Notes: a model not told the origin generated them from the letters alone. A stretch of DNA of 64,000 nt from Flaccisagitta enflata (GCA_965153355.1 OZ231126.1:40982001-41046000); one strand, 5' to 3'. Positions 1 through 13,453 are shown, counted from the first letter of the stretch. Program-made: numbers and translations.

Positions 1-289
1 TAAGCACTTCTAAAAGTGTGTGTTCAACAAAATATTAACCGGGTTCACTTTTTACACAAATTAAGCAATGATTATTAAACAGAAGCTGGGTCTAAAAAAT
101 CGTTTGTTGCTGCGAACTTCCTTCTGAAGCTGTTAAATTGCGCAGTATTTTTTATGGTTGTACGCCATATGATTGATCTTTTATTCACAGCACAGGGTAT
201 GTGGTAGAACATACAGCACACAGAGAGAAAAACAACAAGAAAGAGAGAGAAAAAAAAAAATTGTAACAACACTAATAAATCACAGATAC

Positions 290-3133
290 TTATTCGACCT
301 CATCAGTCTTTAAAAATTTGTAAAGATGACGTAATATTTCATTGTGAGAATTACATAATCCAGTTTGGAAAGAAAGTCGTCGTTTGGCAAAAATAGTAAA
401 AAGATCATTGTAACCCAATCCAGTACGGAAAGTTCGAATGCTTTCCCAATGATTGAACGTAAATATTTTTCGAATAGCATTGTTAAGAGCAGAATTGCAT
501 TTTGACATTTCTGAAGAAGAAAACTCCTTAACATCAGATGCGTAACTTAGACTAGGGACGCAGCACGTATACAACAAATGCATTAGTACAGTTTCACTCC
601 CGTAGGTAAAAGAATTAAAGATAGAATTGAAAGATGAATAGAAATTCCTTAGGTCGTTTCGGGGACTAAATGATAGGTTTTTTCCCGAAACAATTATTGC
701 ACCCAAGTATCTCCATTCTTTAACAAACTGAATAGGTTCACCATTCAACGTTGTAGAGCACGGAGGATTATTATGATTTTTTCCAAAAAACATTGATTTA
801 CTTTTTTTCGGGTTGAAAGAAAGACAATATTCAGAGCAATAATCAACACAGATATCGAGCATTTTTTGCATGGCCTTTCTGGATGGTGCAATTAAACATA
901 AGTCATCCGCGAAGAGCAGTGACCCCGTAAAAATATGATCGACATAGCAACCAATTCCCTTTTTTCTTAATAACTTAACAAGATCGTCAATGTACACCGT
1001 AAAGAGTTTTGGGCTTATGACGCCGCCTTGTTTGACCCCGGAAGGAACAGAGTAAGGGTTACTAAAAGCGCTTTGCCATTTACAGCGGTTTTCCATATTC
1101 GAGTACCAGTATATCAGCAAGTTGATGTAACAAAGAGGAACATTACGCTCAATCAATTTTAGAAATAAACCTCGATGAGAAATCTTATCGAAAGCCTTAG
1201 AACAATCTAAGAACGTGACAATAGTGCTTGATCCGTGCTTGGAGAAATAATCTACAGTAGACCGTAAAACATATAAAGCATGGCTACAGGAATGTTTTCT
1301 TTTAAATCCAAATTGTAAATTATCAGTTTGAAGAAAAGAATCCATTTTTAGAATAAGCAAGTTTTCTAAAAGTTGAGAAAAGATATTCGAGAGTGTAACA
1401 GGTCGGTAATTACTAGAATCATTTATATCACCATCTCTGTCTTTAACAACTGGAGTAACAGTGCCGTTCAAGAATGCACAAGGAACATAATTGTGTTGAA
1501 CCAAACCATTGAAAAGTATATTCAAATGAATGGCAAGTTTAGGACTACCAAGGAAAATATGTTGACTACGAACAAATCCTCCGGTTGCTTTACCTAATTT
1601 CAATTTACTTAACGACGTAATCATATCATTCCATGAAAAGTAAAATTGACCGAGATCGTCATTACCATGCAATTTCGTGTATTGGTTATGAGCATCAGAA
1701 AACCGTTTATCTAAGTTTGAATGAGCTTCCGTTTTAGGTGCATTATAAACATTGCTAAATGTGTTTTTGAAAGAATCCGAAATTTGTTGTTCATCTACAA
1801 AGCCATCAATACGACAAACATTTTCACTATTAGCATTCGTAGAATTAAAACGTTTCCAAAAAGTATTGTAATCATGAGAAGCTAAAGCATCGTTTAGATC
1901 ATCATTTACTTCCTTATTCGCATCTTTTTTTGCTCTTCTGACAGCAATTTTGTAATTGTAATGAGACTTCTGTTTTTCACAAAATATGGGCCCGGATCTA
2001 GGACAGCCTGCTAATTTCCACAATTCACAAGAATCAATACTTTTTTGCTTCAAGTCAGTAAGCCCATCAGACCAAAAATGCCGTGCAACGCCATGTTTTT
2101 TGCGCGGAAGTGTTAAATCAGCCTTGATAATAGCATTACAAATATCGTGAAAATATGATTCAAGAGTATGACAATGCTGAGAAACATTACATGTAGAGCT
2201 ACCATGTAAAACAGTTTGGGGAATCGAAATTGAATTCAAATTATTTTCCATAGACTGTTCGTAACATTTGATTTCATCTTCATTTAATGAGTTCCAAGGA
2301 ATATAAGAGGTGGTGGATTTTTGTTTTTTGCTAAACATTTGGCATGCAATGTTCAAGTTCAATTCAACGGGAGAATGATCACTAACATTATTACCGTAAT
2401 GTCGTATACATGGATTAGAGATCAGTGGGGAAAGTGATTCACTTATCAAAATACCGTCAATCAAGGAGTAAGAATTTCTCTTTGGTTCACATCTAGTGTA
2501 ATCAACCATTGGATCAAATGCAGGATTAAGATTGAGAGCTGAAATCAGACCAAATTTTTCCATTAAGTCGTGAATAATTGGAGTGAAGGGATGAGATGGG
2601 TCAAAGATATTACAGTTCATATCCATTAGTAGAATAAATCGACAGTTACTATTTGTTGAAAGAATAGAATCTATGTAACCAACAGTATCATGGTAAAGTA
2701 ACAATTGAGTATCCATATTTCTTGTATCGTGAAAAGGTAAATAGGCATTAATCAGTAATATCTCACCTTGTTCAGAATTCAGTTTCATAACAGAGACACG
2801 ATCATGCTTATATTTGTGAATTGGAGTCAGAGCAAAATTAAGGGATTTGCTAAAAACAAAACCTGTGCCTCCATATGGGCGGCCTTTATGAACAGAAGAT
2901 GCAGTTTTTTCTTTCATTGCAGAAATACCATATCCATCGTAATTAGGATGAATACTACTCAATCTATTAACACCCAAATGCTTACGAAAAGATGGTTTCA
3001 ACCAGTGTTCTTGCACAGCAAAAATTCCATATTCTTCATGATCACATTGATGATAAATGAAATCCTTACTTCCCGTGAATCCGTTGATGTTGTGGGAAGA
3101 TAATTTGATTGAGATGGTATCCGAGTCAGACAT
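290..3133 (-). CDS. LINE ORF2: apurinic-like endonuclease plus reverse transcriptase, 947 aa
   Basis: Endonuclease motifs HNING, VQEHW, GRPYGG, NAYLP, IDGILIS, SDHSP. RT motifs YRPVTL, QFGFK, FLDCSKAFD, GVKQGGVISPKLF, FADD, RYLG. No RNase H domain seen. Confidence 0.96.
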   Translation of the reverse strand: MSDSDTISIKLSSHNINGFTGSKDFIYHQCDHEEYGIFAVQEHWLKPSFRKHLGVNRLSSIHPNYDGYGISAMKEKTASSVHKGRPYGGTGFVFSKSLNFALTPIHKYKHDRVSVMKLNSEQGEILLINAYLPFHDTRNMDTQLLLYHDTVGYIDSILSTNSNCRFILLMDMNCNIFDPSHPFTPIIHDLMEKFGLISALNLNPAFDPMVDYTRCEPKRNSYSLIDGILISESLSPLISNPCIRHYGNNVSDHSPVELNLNIACQMFSKKQKSTTSYIPWNSLNEDEIKCYEQSMENNLNSISIPQTVLHGSSTCNVSQHCHTLESYFHDICNAIIKADLTLPRKKHGVARHFWSDGLTDLKQKSIDSCELWKLAGCPRSGPIFCEKQKSHYNYKIAVRRAKKDANKEVNDDLNDALASHDYNTFWKRFNSTNANSENVCRIDGFVDEQQISDSFKNTFSNVYNAPKTEAHSNLDKRFSDAHNQYTKLHGNDDLGQFYFSWNDMITSLSKLKLGKATGGFVRSQHIFLGSPKLAIHLNILFNGLVQHNYVPCAFLNGTVTPVVKDRDGDINDSSNYRPVTLSNIFSQLLENLLILKMDSFLQTDNLQFGFKRKHSCSHALYVLRSTVDYFSKHGSSTIVTFLDCSKAFDKISHRGLFLKLIERNVPLCYINLLIYWYSNMENRCKWQSAFSNPYSVPSGVKQGGVISPKLFTVYIDDLVKLLRKKGIGCYVDHIFTGSLLFADDLCLIAPSRKAMQKMLDICVDYCSEYCLSFNPKKSKSMFFGKNHNNPPCSTTLNGEPIQFVKEWRYLGAIIVSGKNLSFSPRNDLRNFYSSFNSIFNSFTYGSETVLMHLLYTCCVPSLSYASDVKEFSSSEMSKCNSALNNAIRKIFTFNHWESIRTFRTGLGYNDLFTIFAKRRLSFQTGLCNSHNEILRHLYKFLKTDEVE

Positions 3134-4496
3134 TGTCCTGGTCCTGTCTGGAGGTTACTCCATCATCCGTTTGACGGCGAGGGCCAAAGAAGTGACGGAT
3201 GGTTATCCCCTTTGGCCAGAATTCCTCGTCTTCAATCTTCTCCAGGTCCTGTTTTTTGATGACGAGTTTGTAAGATTGGAAAGCGTCATGTTTTGTTGTC
3301 AGTTGTTCGAGACTGACGACGTCGACGCCTTTTGTATCCTGAACGTATTGTCGGAGTTCGTCGACGGTGGTGCCGTTGGCTATTCGACCAACATATTTGG
3401 CCACCGTCATATCAACACCTCTGATCGAGACGAGACCATTGCTGACGCTTTTTCCAATGATCACTTTTGCTCGTGAGGAATCGCGACGCCGCTGTTGCTG
3501 TCCTTGTTGTTGTGGATGCTGTTGGCGGCGTCCTTGCTGCTGGGGCCGTTTTGAGCTGAGAGCCCCAGCCCAATCCCTCGACGCCTTTGCCGCCGATGGG
3601 ACGCCGATGGGCGCGACAAACGATGGAAAGGAGCCGGGTGCAGTGACCGGCGCCACAGGAGACCGAGTTGAGTCGGAGGATGAAGATGAGTTCTCACGGG
3701 CATGACCATCTGGCGAAGATGGTGCATCAGCGGCTGCCGACGCTACTGCCGCCGAAACTTCCGGCGCTGCCGACGCTGCCGACGCTGCCGACGCTGCCGA
3801 CGCTGCCGACGCTGCCGATGAAGACTCCGGGCCCAATGAATCGACTGAAGCCACCAACGTCTCCGTTAAGTTATTGGCAGGAAACGCTGAGAGAGTTGAC
3901 TCCGTTTGAGCCGCGGAATTTGACGCTGCAGGAGCCGAAACCGACAAGGACTCTGCCCGTAATGGCAGAGACTTTCTTGGCGACGAGAGATGCTCTGGTA
4001 GAAGTTTCTTTCTAGTCGGCGTTAATGGTTGCCGCGTATCCACTCGAAGATTATTTTCAAATGAAAATTTTAGGTCGTCTTTGGTAGCCGCAGTCGTTTT
4101 AAGCGTTTTAATGGACCGGCTCACGTTTTGAACAGAAGCGAGAATTTGTTCAAGCGTCGCAGAGCCGTCTTTTCCGTCGACAACACGTGGAATACGTGAC
4201 AGATCAGCCGCGACAAACACTGGCGCAATTGCATCATCATGATCAAGAGCCATCATTTTTTCAATGACGTCAGACAAATCCTTCGTGCGTTGGTCCGTCC
4301 CACGCCGAGGTGGAGCGCGGAGGCCGATGGCGTCAAAAAACTTCATTTTTTCAAATTCAACTTCTTCAGATGAGTAGAATTTTCCACATGTTTCAACGAT
4401 AATATCCTTTGGTGTTGAGAGGATTTGGTTTTGTACGAAACAGAGCAGTTCAGAAATAATCAGTTTCCCACTGAGTGGCTTGGCCATTGTGGCCAA
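3126..4496 (-). CDS. LINE ORF1 nucleic-acid-binding protein, 456 aa
   Basis: N-terminal ELLCFVQN...FVAADLSRIP block of the kind seen in invertebrate CR1/L2-group ORF1s, a low-complexity linker with (SAA)n from a 9-bp repeat, and a C-terminal RRM-like block (YVGRI...FQSYKL...FWPKGITIRHF). Overlaps ORF2 by 8 nt (ATGTCTGA). Confidence 0.88.
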   Translation of the reverse strand: MATMAKPLSGKLIISELLCFVQNQILSTPKDIIVETCGKFYSSEEVEFEKMKFFDAIGLRAPPRRGTDQRTKDLSDVIEKMMALDHDDAIAPVFVAADLSRIPRVVDGKDGSATLEQILASVQNVSRSIKTLKTTAATKDDLKFSFENNLRVDTRQPLTPTRKKLLPEHLSSPRKSLPLRAESLSVSAPAASNSAAQTESTLSAFPANNLTETLVASVDSLGPESSSAASAASAASAASAASAAPEVSAAVASAAADAPSSPDGHARENSSSSSDSTRSPVAPVTAPGSFPSFVAPIGVPSAAKASRDWAGALSSKRPQQQGRRQQHPQQQGQQQRRRDSSRAKVIIGKSVSNGLVSIRGVDMTVAKYVGRIANGTTVDELRQYVQDTKGVDVVSLEQLTTKHDAFQSYKLVIKKQDLEKIEDEEFWPKGITIRHFFGPRRQTDDGVTSRQDQDNV

Positions 4497-4951
4497 AGCC
4501 CGAGGTCAAAATAATCAAGACTTCGAGTGATTCAGTCAGGGTTTTTTTTCGGTTAAGAGAGAAAATAATCAGGACGACGGAGAGAGGTGTTGCTCCGACG
4601 AGGTCCAATGAGTTTTTTTTGAATATAAACATATAAACATGCGATTGGTAGAAGGGGAGCGCAGCAGAGAAAATATTTTTTGAAAACAGCCTCAGATAGT
4701 ATTTTGTATCAAGAAATACACGCGTTCTCGCACGCCTTTTCAGCAAAACAAGGCCATTTACAAAGACCCCCTTTCGCGAATGGGCGGGCAAGGGCAGAAT
4801 AGCAAGCAACGCACATATTTTATTATGGTTACCGACGGACGAATTGACGGACGGGTGGAAAGACCAACCGACCGAGAGTGTGTGTGTGTGTGTCTGTCTG
4901 TCTATCTGTCAGTCTATATGTCTGTCTTCCAATGTATGCAAGTGTGTGAGC

Positions 4952-5056
<105 letters not shown>

Positions 5057-5083
5057 GAAAGAGAGAGAGATCGCAGCGCATAC

Positions 5084-7472
5084 TTGATATGCTCCAAACT
5101 CGGCCACTGTTGCTGAGTACAGTGGATATTGAGGAATGGGAATCATGACTCCGACGGGACGATCGGCCTTCTGATCGGGAAGCACCAACTTCATTATCGT
5201 TCGAATACCGTCAGATGCACCTGAATTGAGTAGCAAACGAAAGAACATAACTATTGCGGGTAGGCCTGTCATCACGATAAAAGTCTAACAAGTGACGCGG
5301 TGTCACAATATCGTTGCGGGCGGGAGGGCAGGGGCTTCCTACCAAATCCACACTCTACAACCATACTCAACAGGTCGCCCAAGGGCAAAATGTGGTCAGC
5401 CATACCCGTTGCCCTGCTTTGCATGATTGTGAAATGGAGTGAAAGGAAGCAGGGCAGTGGCCCCAAAGGGGCCGAAGTCCTGTAGAACACAGGGGGACTT
5501 TCATTCATCATTCCGTTCATCCGTCCGTCCCTCCGTTCCCCCCAGGACCTCCTCGGCCTTAAAACCGCCCTCTCAGGACTGAAATCTACCCTCTCAAGCC
5601 TTGAATCTGTGAGGGCAGATTTCAGGCCTGAGAAGGCAGATTTCAGGCCTGAGAGGGCAGATTCAAGGCCTGAGAGGGCAGATTTCAGGCCCGAGAGAGT
5701 TAATTTTAGGCCTGAGAGGGCAGATTCCAGGCCTGAGAGGGCCTGGGGGGACAAATGGACGAACGGACGAGCGGAATGACGAATGAAAGTCCCCCTGTGT
5801 TCGTCAGGACTTCGTCCCCTTCGGAGCCGCTGTCCGCAACTAAGAATTGTGAACTCCAGCGAAATTGAAACTTCTGCACTTTTTGGGCAGCGGCCCCGAA
5901 GGGGACGAAGTCCTGTAGAACACAGGGGGACTATCGTTCGTCCGTCCGTCCGTCCATCCGTTCGTCCGTTCGTCCGTTCGTCCCCCCCCATCAGGCCCCT
6001 CAGACCCCACATCCAGCCTCTCAGGTCTCAAATCCGGCCTCTCAGGCCTCAAATCCGGCATCTCAGGCCTCAAATCCAGCCTCTCCGGCCTCAAATCCGG
6101 CCTCTCAGGCCTCAAATCCAGCCTCTCAGGCCACAAATCTGGTCTCTCAGGTCTCAAATACAGCCTGAAAGGCCTTAAACCTGGCCTCTCAGGCCTCAAA
6201 TTAACCCTCTCAGGCCTCAAACTAGCCCTCTCAGGCCACAAATGAGCCCTCTCAGGCCTTAAATTAGGGCTCACAGGCCTCAAAGTAGCGCTGTCAGGCT
6301 TCAAATCAGACCTGATTGCCATTTAAGCCTTGGGAAAGCCTTCAGACTCTTGAAGGCCTTCAATCAGTGCACTATAGCATCTCATCAATGTTGTCAGGCA
6401 GGACGAACGAAAGTCCCCCTGTGTTCTACAGGACTTCGTCCCCTTTGGGGCCGCTGCCCTGCTTCCCCTCACACAAATTCACAATCATGCAAAGCAGGGC
6501 AACGGGTATCGCTGACCACATATTGCCCTTGGGCGACCTGTTTTTAAACTGTTACGTTAACTCACCTGTTGTCATGAAAATGTCCTCCCAATTGGCAGGA
6601 ATGCCACCATCTCTTTCCTCGATGTACTTGGCAACGTCGCGTCGAACCAACTCAATTCCAGGGCTCGCTTAAAACAGAGAAACAATCGCTTATTTCAATG
6701 ATACTTTGGGAGATACATTCATTTGTCAGAGGAGAACAAATGCTCGAAATGCACAGAAAAGAAAAAAAAAAGAAAAGAAAAAAAAAAGAAAAGAAAAAAA
6801 AAAAAAGAAAAGAAAAAAAAAAAAAAAGAAAACCTGAACCTTATTGTCTCATGCGGATGGGCAGGAGCAGTGAACCTCATAGAGTGCTTCAAGATCGACC
6901 GGCAAGCGGCTTATACCAAGGAAGAAAACAAAAACAAACCAGCAATTTGATTACTCACCTGTGTAACTACCGACGCTTTGTCCCTGGCAAGCTTTGAGAA
7001 GCTGCTGCGACCTGTCGACGACGTCTTTGGGGTAGTTGGCTACGTCGACGATTTGCGGATCAACGCAGGCGGCGATCGTTTGCCGGATAAACGTGTTGGG
7101 CTTCATCCCGACAGCGTGACAATCGCCGATGTTGGCGCGAGTCACGGAGGCGAAAGGCTTATTCGCACCCTACAAGGTATGAAGATGATGGTCGAGTTTA
7201 GAGAAAAGTGCCCACAAATGCCATGTCAATCGTCAGGCAGTAGAACGTGATAGATTTCATCCTTACGATTCTGTTAGCGAGAAGTCAAAGGCCTACATCG
7301 TCATAGAAGATAGGTTGGTAATGTATAAAGACCAACAGCAACAACACTCATTGAAGTCAGAGAGGCAAACGGCTTCTTAGGAAATCTTACATGGTAAACA
7401 ACAACAACAACAACAACAACGCTTAGTGAAGTCAGAGAGGCAAACTGCGTTTTTGGATATCATCATGAAGTC

Positions 7473-7563
<91 letters not shown>

Positions 7564-7793
7564 GAGGCAAAGGCACACTGGCACTGAAAAGAGATCATTA
7601 TGAAAAACAGCAGGAAAGAAAAAAGTGGAATACACCCAGCATGATTAATTAGACGAACCACAACAGCATGAAAAGAGATCATCATCTATTACAAATTGGC
7701 AAAAAACACAACGACAACAATAGGCAATACTCGCACGACATCTATAGCGATGATGAGGACCGCGTAATGCGGAAATCAAACAACAACAACAGC

Positions 7794-7824
<31 letters not shown>

Positions 7825-7826
7825 GC

Positions 7827-7858
<32 letters not shown>

Positions 7859-8971
7859 CCTGTTGAAGTTCCTTTTCAAGGGCGACGGCTCTGGCGACGA
7901 TCGGGCCTCTGACGGCATACTCGACCAATTTGATGCGTGGATTTAAAGTCTCTTCCGTGAGAACCTTCCCACCTTCCTGTGATTTGATGAGTGGACAAAA
8001 AGAAACATAGGAAAATACTGATGTGAGTTTTGTTACGCGATGGTTTGCTTAAAAGTCTATTTTGAATGCCTATCCGTTCATCTGATGCAATTTTTGACCT
8101 CTTGCAATAGGACCGAAAAAGGTCGATAAGACGGTTTCGCATTCCACTCACTCAACCCGGAAAAACCTGTTTTTCTAAATACATCCATGCCACGGCATTT
8201 TGCAAACATACCATGTTTCTAATCGCGATCGAGCCTTGATCCACTTATCAGATATAAGTTTAATGCTTTCTTAATTCTTCATATCGTTCTGAAATCACTT
8301 CAAATGAATCATGTGTTCCAAAAAAGGGTTATGAAATAAGCCAGAATTTGGACCAAAAAGAGGTGAAAACAGATCGTTAAAAATGGAGGTCAAACTCAGT
8401 GATGCCTTTAACCTCAGCAAAAAGAACCTCAAAGTCAAATGTGAAAACGGGAAGGGAATTTTTAGCAAGAAAATGGAATCGTAAAATTCTTTATTAGAGA
8501 TAACATTTCAGATGTAATCATTTGAATAAATTCGTTATCTAAGACTTTGGTTAATGTTTAGAAAACCACTAAAAACGAATTACAGATAATTTGAAAGAAG
8601 GAGACCAATTGATCACGAAGCGTCCGTTCATTTATTCATTCATTTATGAATTTTTCCAAACATAGCAATTAGCAAATATCAGCACATAAGTATCACCCAC
8701 TTCAAATGTGTTAAGAACCAAAACTCACTCATTCATCCACTAACTTTTTTTTTCTGGTGGTACTATATTCACACACTCATTCATTCAATCACACATTCAT
8801 TCATTCATTCATTCATTCATTCATTCATTCATTCATTTATTCATTCATTCATTTATTCATTCATTCATTCAATCACTCATTCATTCATCCATCATTGATT
8901 GATGTAATTACTAAATAATCTACCTGGACATGTCCATTAACTCCGTTGGTATCTTCCACTTTGTGCGTCAT
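5084..8971 (-). CDS. GPT: Alanine aminotransferase, 5' part (205 codons); remaining exons lie beyond the window start
   Basis: GT-AG exons with consistent phases: 8971-8924, 7976-7860, 7169-6959, 6667-6566, 5220-5084. Translation MTHKVEDTNGVNGHVQ/EGGKVLTEETLNPRIKLVEYAVRGPIVARA.../GANKPFASVTRANIGDCHAVG...GSYT/ASPGIELVRRDVAKYIEERDGG.../GASDGI...GVMIPIPQYPLYSA, which carries hallmark ALT motifs. Exon 1 is less certain than the rest. Confidence 0.93.
5369..5833 (-). mobile_element. HINE/DINE-1-like element, family D (GGGCAGCGGCCCC ends, 21-bp internal repeats)
   Basis: About 45-bp subterminal inverted repeat, GTCC-type microsatellite, 21-bp repeat CAGGCCTGAGAGGGCAGATTT and terminal stem-loops. 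Reverse copy of 5883-6543. Confidence 0.7.
5883..6543 (+). mobile_element. HINE/DINE-1-like element, family D
   Basis: Starts in a T-run with GGGCAGCGGCCCCGAAGGGGACGAAGTCCTGTAGAACACAGGGGGAC, with its inverted copy at about 6413-6459. Contains (GTCC)n, an array of 21-bp CTCTCAGGCCTCAAATCCAGC units and 3' hairpins, and ends CCTGTTT. Confidence 0.75.
7471..7859. repeat. (AAC)n microsatellites in ALT intron 2
   Basis: Pure (AAC)n at 7473-7563 and interrupted (AAC)n at 7778-7859 abutting the exon 2 donor. Confidence 0.95.
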
Positions 8972-9283
8972 GATCACGTTCGAAAAGTAATTTGGTTTCA
9001 GAGCTTTATGCAAGTACCAGTAGGATCGTACGGAGCAGTCATTCCAATTCCAACTTGGCCTTGACCTTGTTTAGTTTTCGAAACCAGATAAAATTGTCCA
9101 AAAAATCGCCGATAAAAAAGAAAGGAAATGTTTTTTTTTACTCCAGAGTCAAATTTAAGCCAGATTACCAAATTGAGAGAAAAAGAGAGAACTTAGATTC
9201 TTCTTTTTTATGAAACAAAACTTACAGGGGACGACGCGACATCGAATGAACGAACTAATTTAGGCGTGTATTAAGCAAGAGTG

Positions 9284-9348
<65 letters not shown>

Positions 9349-9460
9349 AGGAGACGTCCCAGAAGGATGAAAATGAACGGAAGCAACACGCTTAAAAGTT
9401 GGAAAATAAGAAAGATAAAAAGATTGCCAGTTTTAAGGAAGGAAAAAGCAAAAGAGAGAG

Positions 9461-9535
<75 letters not shown>

Positions 9536-9580
9536 AGAGAGCCAGAGAGCGAGCCTGAGAGCCAGAGAGCAAGCCAGGTA

Positions 9581-10919
<1,339 letters not shown>

Positions 10920-13021
10920 TAGCGAGTCAGAGAGCGAGTCAGAAAGCGAGCCAGAGAGAGAAAGCTAGAATGAGGGGGGCAGAGAGAGAGAACTAGAATG
11001 AGGGGGCAGATAGAGACAGACAGTAAGACAGAGACAGAGACGCAGATTAATCCTTCAGGAATGATGACCTTTGAAGCTGATTGACGTTAAACGGAGAGAG
11101 AAACGAAGAAATACGGATAAAGAATGGCGAAAGACAGAAGACTGAACAGCCCGACGATTGACGATTTAATATATGTATGAATGTGTTTGAAAACAAACAA
11201 GACGATGCACGATCAAAACTTTGACCTACATATGGACACGACTTTTTAGCAGGCATTATTACTACCTATATTCCATCGCGTTGGCAAAGAGAGAGACAGA
11301 CAGAAATATGTTCGGATATATAGACAGATAGACAGACAAGCAGACTGTAAGAAACAAAATGACCTTAGTAGGAGTTCGACCAGTTTGAAGATGTCATTCT
11401 TCATCTCTTTCAAATCACGAATAAAATGTCGCGTAAAAAGAAAAAAAAGCCGGGAAAGCCGTCGATTGTCCTTTGATTTCTTTTCCTCTTAATTGAGCTG
11501 AATCTTCAAATAGACTACATGATGATATCAGCCTAAACCAGTTTATTAAGCGGCAAATTCAAACTATGAAAACTGAGCGATGTGTCGAGGAGTAAGAGCT
11601 AGAATTTAGGTCGATGTCCGAACATGCGATGATCACGAGTGGTACACGAGAGTAACACGTGGTTGACAGGGAAGTGACACGCGAAGGACATGAACATGTA
11701 ACGCGAGTGGCACGCGAGTGACAGGCGACCTACATGATGGCGGCACATGAGTTACACACTTGGTTGATTTGCTTTTGAGTGGTGAAAGATGAAGAAACTG
11801 CGAGTTACATGCGGTAGACACGCATTGAGGCGCGCGGCATATGTGAGAACAAGACCAGATGCACAGCTACCGAAGTCGCGTGCGGGTGGGCAGGGCAGTG
11901 ATAAAAAAGGCTAACTTAAGCATTTGGGCAGGAGCAGTAAAACAAAAACCGCCTGTGACACCAAGAAAACTAACGCGGACAGACAGACCGACCGACCGAC
12001 GGACACAGCGGGTTATAGAGTCGCGTGCACGCGATTATAAATTTTATCTCACTGGGCCAATTAGAAGTATGTTTTCCATACTTTTTATGCCAAAGCGTTT
12101 TTCCGCCTAATTGTGGGACATGTGTTACAAGTGCTAATCCCGCTAGCGATACACAAGGAAAACCCTCGGAATAGAAGGACAAATTGAGCAGGTGACAGTC
12201 CAGATGACATGAAAGTGAGCAAAAAGATGACATGCTGAGTCCTCAATAGAAAGGTCAGACAGCCCCGCTCTCGTAACAGGGTGACCATGTCACGTAATCA
12301 ACCACTCGTCGTTGTAACGGTTATTCGTGACGTCACATACGCCGTTAGTTGTCGTAAGTATTTTCGTCTGTGGTTGGAGGCTGTAGTTGTCGTGGTCAAA
12401 GTTGTCCCTATTATCGTCGTCTCTTTGTACGGAGATAGTCGTCGTCATCATCACTACGCGATATTGTGTCCATTCGTCGTCGTCAACGACCTCTACTATT
12501 TTGTCCCTCGTCGCGTCGAGAAAGGGAGGTCGTCTTCGTCAGCGTCATCACTTATATAAATTGGTCGACGTCTTCACCGTCATCGTCGTCGTCGTCGCGT
12601 TAACGTCACCGTCATCGTCGCCACACCCCTCAAAACCCTCACGAAGCGGTTGCGTCAGTACATGATTGGTCCATTACTAAACGTGTCTTTTCGTATGACC
12701 AAACTCGTTGCTCATGTGACTAAACAGCGTGTCGGGGCTACAAAACATCTCCCCTAGGAAAAGGGACTACCAAATAGGCACTGCGTCAACATTGTATAAA
12801 CATCAACGGTTCATCGTGCATGTCAAGCGCAGGAACAGATCACAACAACTGGTTTTGTCGATGTTTAAAAGAAACAGGTTTTTTTTTTATCAGTTCTGAT
12901 TGTAAACCTTAGCATTGCATTGGTCGTCACGAACCAACCAACCTAATCGAACGTAGAGAAAGTCGTTTTTCGGCGTAGAAAGAGAAATGAGGGAATCATC
13001 TGAATCTGGTTGTCTAGACTA

Positions 13022-13363
13022 CCGTATTTTTCTCCATTTAGCGTCCCCCCCTCCAAAAAGCGCCCCCCACCTCTTTTTTTCTTAGTATTACACTTTTCAG
13101 AAGAGATTTGGACAGAAATATTTGGTAGAATGATGAAATAATACAACACAATGAACCATTTTCAAAGACTTTTAAACAGACATTTGCAATGAATATCTCA
13201 ATTTTGAGTCAAATTTAGCATTTTGTAAGCCTTTCATATATAAGATAGACTGAATGACAATTCATGAACAATATAAAGAGGGCGCTAGCTAATTGGAGGG
13301 TTAAAAATCAAAGTCACAATTCAATTTCAAAAGCGCCCGGGGCCCTTTTTAGAAAAAATACGG
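13022..13363. mobile_element. pogo/Tc1-like MITE, family G (CCGTATTT termini, TA TSD)
   Basis: TA|CCGTATTTTTCT ... AGAAAAAATACGG|TA. Its right part matches 50060-50146. Confidence 0.75.
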
Positions 13364-13408
13364 TATGTCTGTTGGTTAGAGAGTGAGTGAGTGAGTGAGT
13401 GAGTGAGT

Positions 13409-13453
<45 letters not shown>

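Larger units (their letters stand above)
171..4813 (-). mobile_element. Full-length non-LTR retrotransposon (LINE), CR1/L2 group, inserted in an ALT intron
   Basis: Two intact overlapping ORFs (ORF1 3126-4496, ORF2 290-3133), about 320 bp 5' UTR and a short 3' UTR with AATAAA on the minus strand near 180-185. Candidate 5-bp TSD CATAT at 166-170 and 4814-4818; exact ends tentative. Confidence 0.9.

Noticed and set aside
3057-4015. Plus-strand ORFs antisense to LINE ORF1
   Set aside because: They are shadow frames of a GC-rich coding region with no independent motifs.
5272-6322. Leucine-zipper-like ORFs (SALSGLK and LRPQIRP repeats)
   Set aside because: These are the 21-bp internal repeats of family D elements, present in many non-coding copies.
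12285-12670. CpG-rich (CGT)n segment with a CCAAT-like box as an ALT promoter or exon
   Set aside because: The sequence is low complexity with only a weak inverted repeat, and no splice or transcript evidence is available.
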